Below the pieces are notes generated by a model, which worked only from the letters and a program-made list of their open reading frames with translations, was not told where the DNA came from and searched no databases. Positions 62,581 to 64,000 of a stretch of 64,000 nucleotides of DNA are shown here, in pieces; position 1 is the stretch's first letter; every line of letters begins with the position of its first letter. The position numbers and the translations under genes are program-made. The DNA comes from Candidatus Dormiibacterota bacterium (lineage in GTDB: Bacteria > Chloroflexota > Dormibacteria > Aeolococcales > Aeolococcaceae). The stretch spans positions 10,513 through 74,512 of the forward strand of contig PLWW01000109.1 of NCBI GenBank assembly GCA_003153125.1, read 5' to 3'.

Positions 62581-64000
62581 GTGTCACCAAGGTCCGTCCG
62601 CTCCATCGCAGCCCTGACAACGCTCGGCCTCGCCGCCCTCGCGGCAGCCGTTCCCGGCGCCGCCTCGGCCGGCGGCGCGGCCCAGGACAAGCATGTTCTG
62701 TTGCTGTCCATCGACGGCCTCCACCAGACAGACCTGGCCTGGTACGTGGCCCATCACCCCGGGTCGGCACTGGCCATGCTTGTGGGGGGAGGCGTCGAGT
62801 TCACCAAGGCGAGGACGCCCTTTCCGTCGGACTCGTTCCCCGGGATGGTGGGCCAGGTGACCGGCGGCAACCCGTCATCGACCGGCGTCTACTACGACGA
62901 CACCTGGAACCACGCGCTGCTCCCCGCCGGCACCACCAGCTGCGCGGGCGTCACCCCTGGCGTGGAGGTGACCTACTTCGAGGCTCTCGACAACAACGTG
63001 AGCTCCATCGACGCCGGCCAGGGACTGGCGGGCCTGCCCGGCGGCATCCTGCAGATGACCGGAAACCCCGCCAGCCTGATCAACCCGGCCAACCTGCCTG
63101 TTGACCCGACCACCTGCAAGCCCCTCTACCCGCATTCGTACCTCAAGGTCAACACCATCTTCGAGGTGGCGAGGGCGGCCGGCCTCCGCACCGCGTGGTC
63201 GGACAAGCACCCGGCCTACGAGATTCTCAACGGTCCGTCCGGGACCGGCGTTCAGGACCTCTTCACCCCGGAGATCAACAGCAACGCTCCCACTGTCGGG
63301 TCGACCAACGACTGGACGACCGACAACGCCCTGACCATGCAGTACGACTCGTACAAGGTCCAGGCGGTCATCAACGAGATCAAGGGCTTCGACCACAGCG
63401 GCACTGCGCGGGTTGGGACGCCGGCCATCTTCGGCATGAACTTCCAGACGGTGTCGACTGCCGAGAAGCTGCCCGTATCCGATGGCCTGCGCGGCGGTTA
63501 CCTGGCCGACGGACTGACCCCCGGGCCCCTGCTCAAGCGGGCGCTCGACTACATCAACGACAGCGTCGGCAGGATGCGCGAGGCGATCGCCGACCGCCAT
63601 CTCCAGGACAGCACCACGATCATCCTGTCGGCCAAGCACGGTCAATCGCCGCAGAACCCGGCGCAGCTGACCCGCATCGATGACGGCGCCATCCTCACCG
63701 CGCTCGACACGGCGTGGCAGACGGCCAACCCCGTGGCCACGACGCCACTGGTGGCATTCGCCGTGGACGACGACGGGATGCTGATCTGGCTCAACGACCG
63801 CTCGGCGGCCGCGACGACGTTCGCCCGCAGCTTCCTCCTGAACCAGTCAGGGACTGGCAACGATATCAACGGCAACCCCAAGGCATTCACGAAGTCCGGC
63901 CTCCGGACCGTGTACGCGGGGGAGGCCGCCGCTGCCTTCATCCACGTCAAGGCCGGTGATCCACGTGTCCCCGACGTGATCGGCATCGCGCAGGTGGGCA
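62581..64000 (+). CDS. Secreted alkaline-phosphatase-superfamily protein (nucleotide pyrophosphatase/phosphodiesterase-like), 3' end outside the window
   Basis: This ORF is not in the supplied track because no stop occurs before the window end. GTG 62581 is preceded by GGAGGG at 7-nt spacing. My translation is 'VSPRSVRSIAALTTLGLAALAAAVPGAASAGGAAQDKHVLLLSIDGLHQTDLAWYV...FPSDSFPGMVGQVTGGNPSSTGVYYDD...ILSAKHGQSP': a signal peptide followed by an 'LLSIDGL' metal-site motif. GC3 is high throughout. Confidence 0.7.
   Translation, partial: MSPRSVRSIAALTTLGLAALAAAVPGAASAGGAAQDKHVLLLSIDGLHQTDLAWYVAHHPGSALAMLVGGGVEFTKARTPFPSDSFPGMVGQVTGGNPSSTGVYYDDTWNHALLPAGTTSCAGVTPGVEVTYFEALDNNVSSIDAGQGLAGLPGGILQMTGNPASLINPANLPVDPTTCKPLYPHSYLKVNTIFEVARAAGLRTAWSDKHPAYEILNGPSGTGVQDLFTPEINSNAPTVGSTNDWTTDNALTMQYDSYKVQAVINEIKGFDHSGTARVGTPAIFGMNFQTVSTAEKLPVSDGLRGGYLADGLTPGPLLKRALDYINDSVGRMREAIADRHLQDSTTIILSAKHGQSPQNPAQLTRIDDGAILTALDTAWQTANPVATTPLVAFAVDDDGMLIWLNDRSAAATTFARSFLLNQSGTGNDINGNPKAFTKSGLRTVYAGEAAAAFIHVKAGDPRVPDVIGIAQVG

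Noticed and set aside
62340-63986. Track ORFs 62340-63104 (+), 62875-63645 (-), 63195-63683 (+) and 63642-63986 (-).
   Set aside because: They are superseded by the open-ended frame from GTG 62581, which encodes a signal peptide and phosphatase-superfamily motifs.

Overview
Very GC-rich bacterial chromosomal segment. Third codon positions are almost all G/C, GTG starts are frequent, and many neighbouring genes overlap by 4 nt (ATGA or GTGA). Because of the GC content, most long alternative-frame and antisense ORFs in the supplied track are artefacts. I chose frames by recognisable protein motifs, GC3 pattern and start/stop coupling.

Content is mostly housekeeping:
- Left end: a GH57 glycosidase (partial), a nucleotidyltransferase/PMM-like fusion, an MMPL transporter, hemE-hemH, and an Lrp(RAM)-recQ-malic enzyme unit.
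- An acyl-CoA synthetase and tRNA-Gly(CCC), followed by a stress/regulator neighbourhood: ATPase_2, zincin, msrB, M20 amidohydrolase, WYL regulator, DUF1345, MarR, YceI and a DinB-like protein.
- lhr, hemolysin-III, an MBL hydrolase and a GH63-like glucosidase.
- A Cys-rich hypothetical coupled to a GNAT, an NrtR-like Nudix regulator, HtrA, a PLD-like protein, lon, gloB-like, nudL-like, trpD, a Zn-ribbon protein with RNase HI, and RNase P RNA.
- A long dcw (division/cell wall) cluster, then metF, an MDR oxidoreductase, and a secreted alkaline-phosphatase-family gene that runs off the right edge and is absent from the ORF track.

No CRISPR array, integrase, transposase or rRNA was seen.

The most unusual signal is in the dcw cluster. 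murE, ftsA and ftsZ are not in the cluster. The murC slot holds an Mpl-like ligase. After ddl come a translationally coupled alpha/beta-hydrolase and a MurF-type ligase whose normal N-domain is replaced by a ~190-aa multi-helix membrane domain.

All family calls rest on motif recognition by eye. No database search was run.
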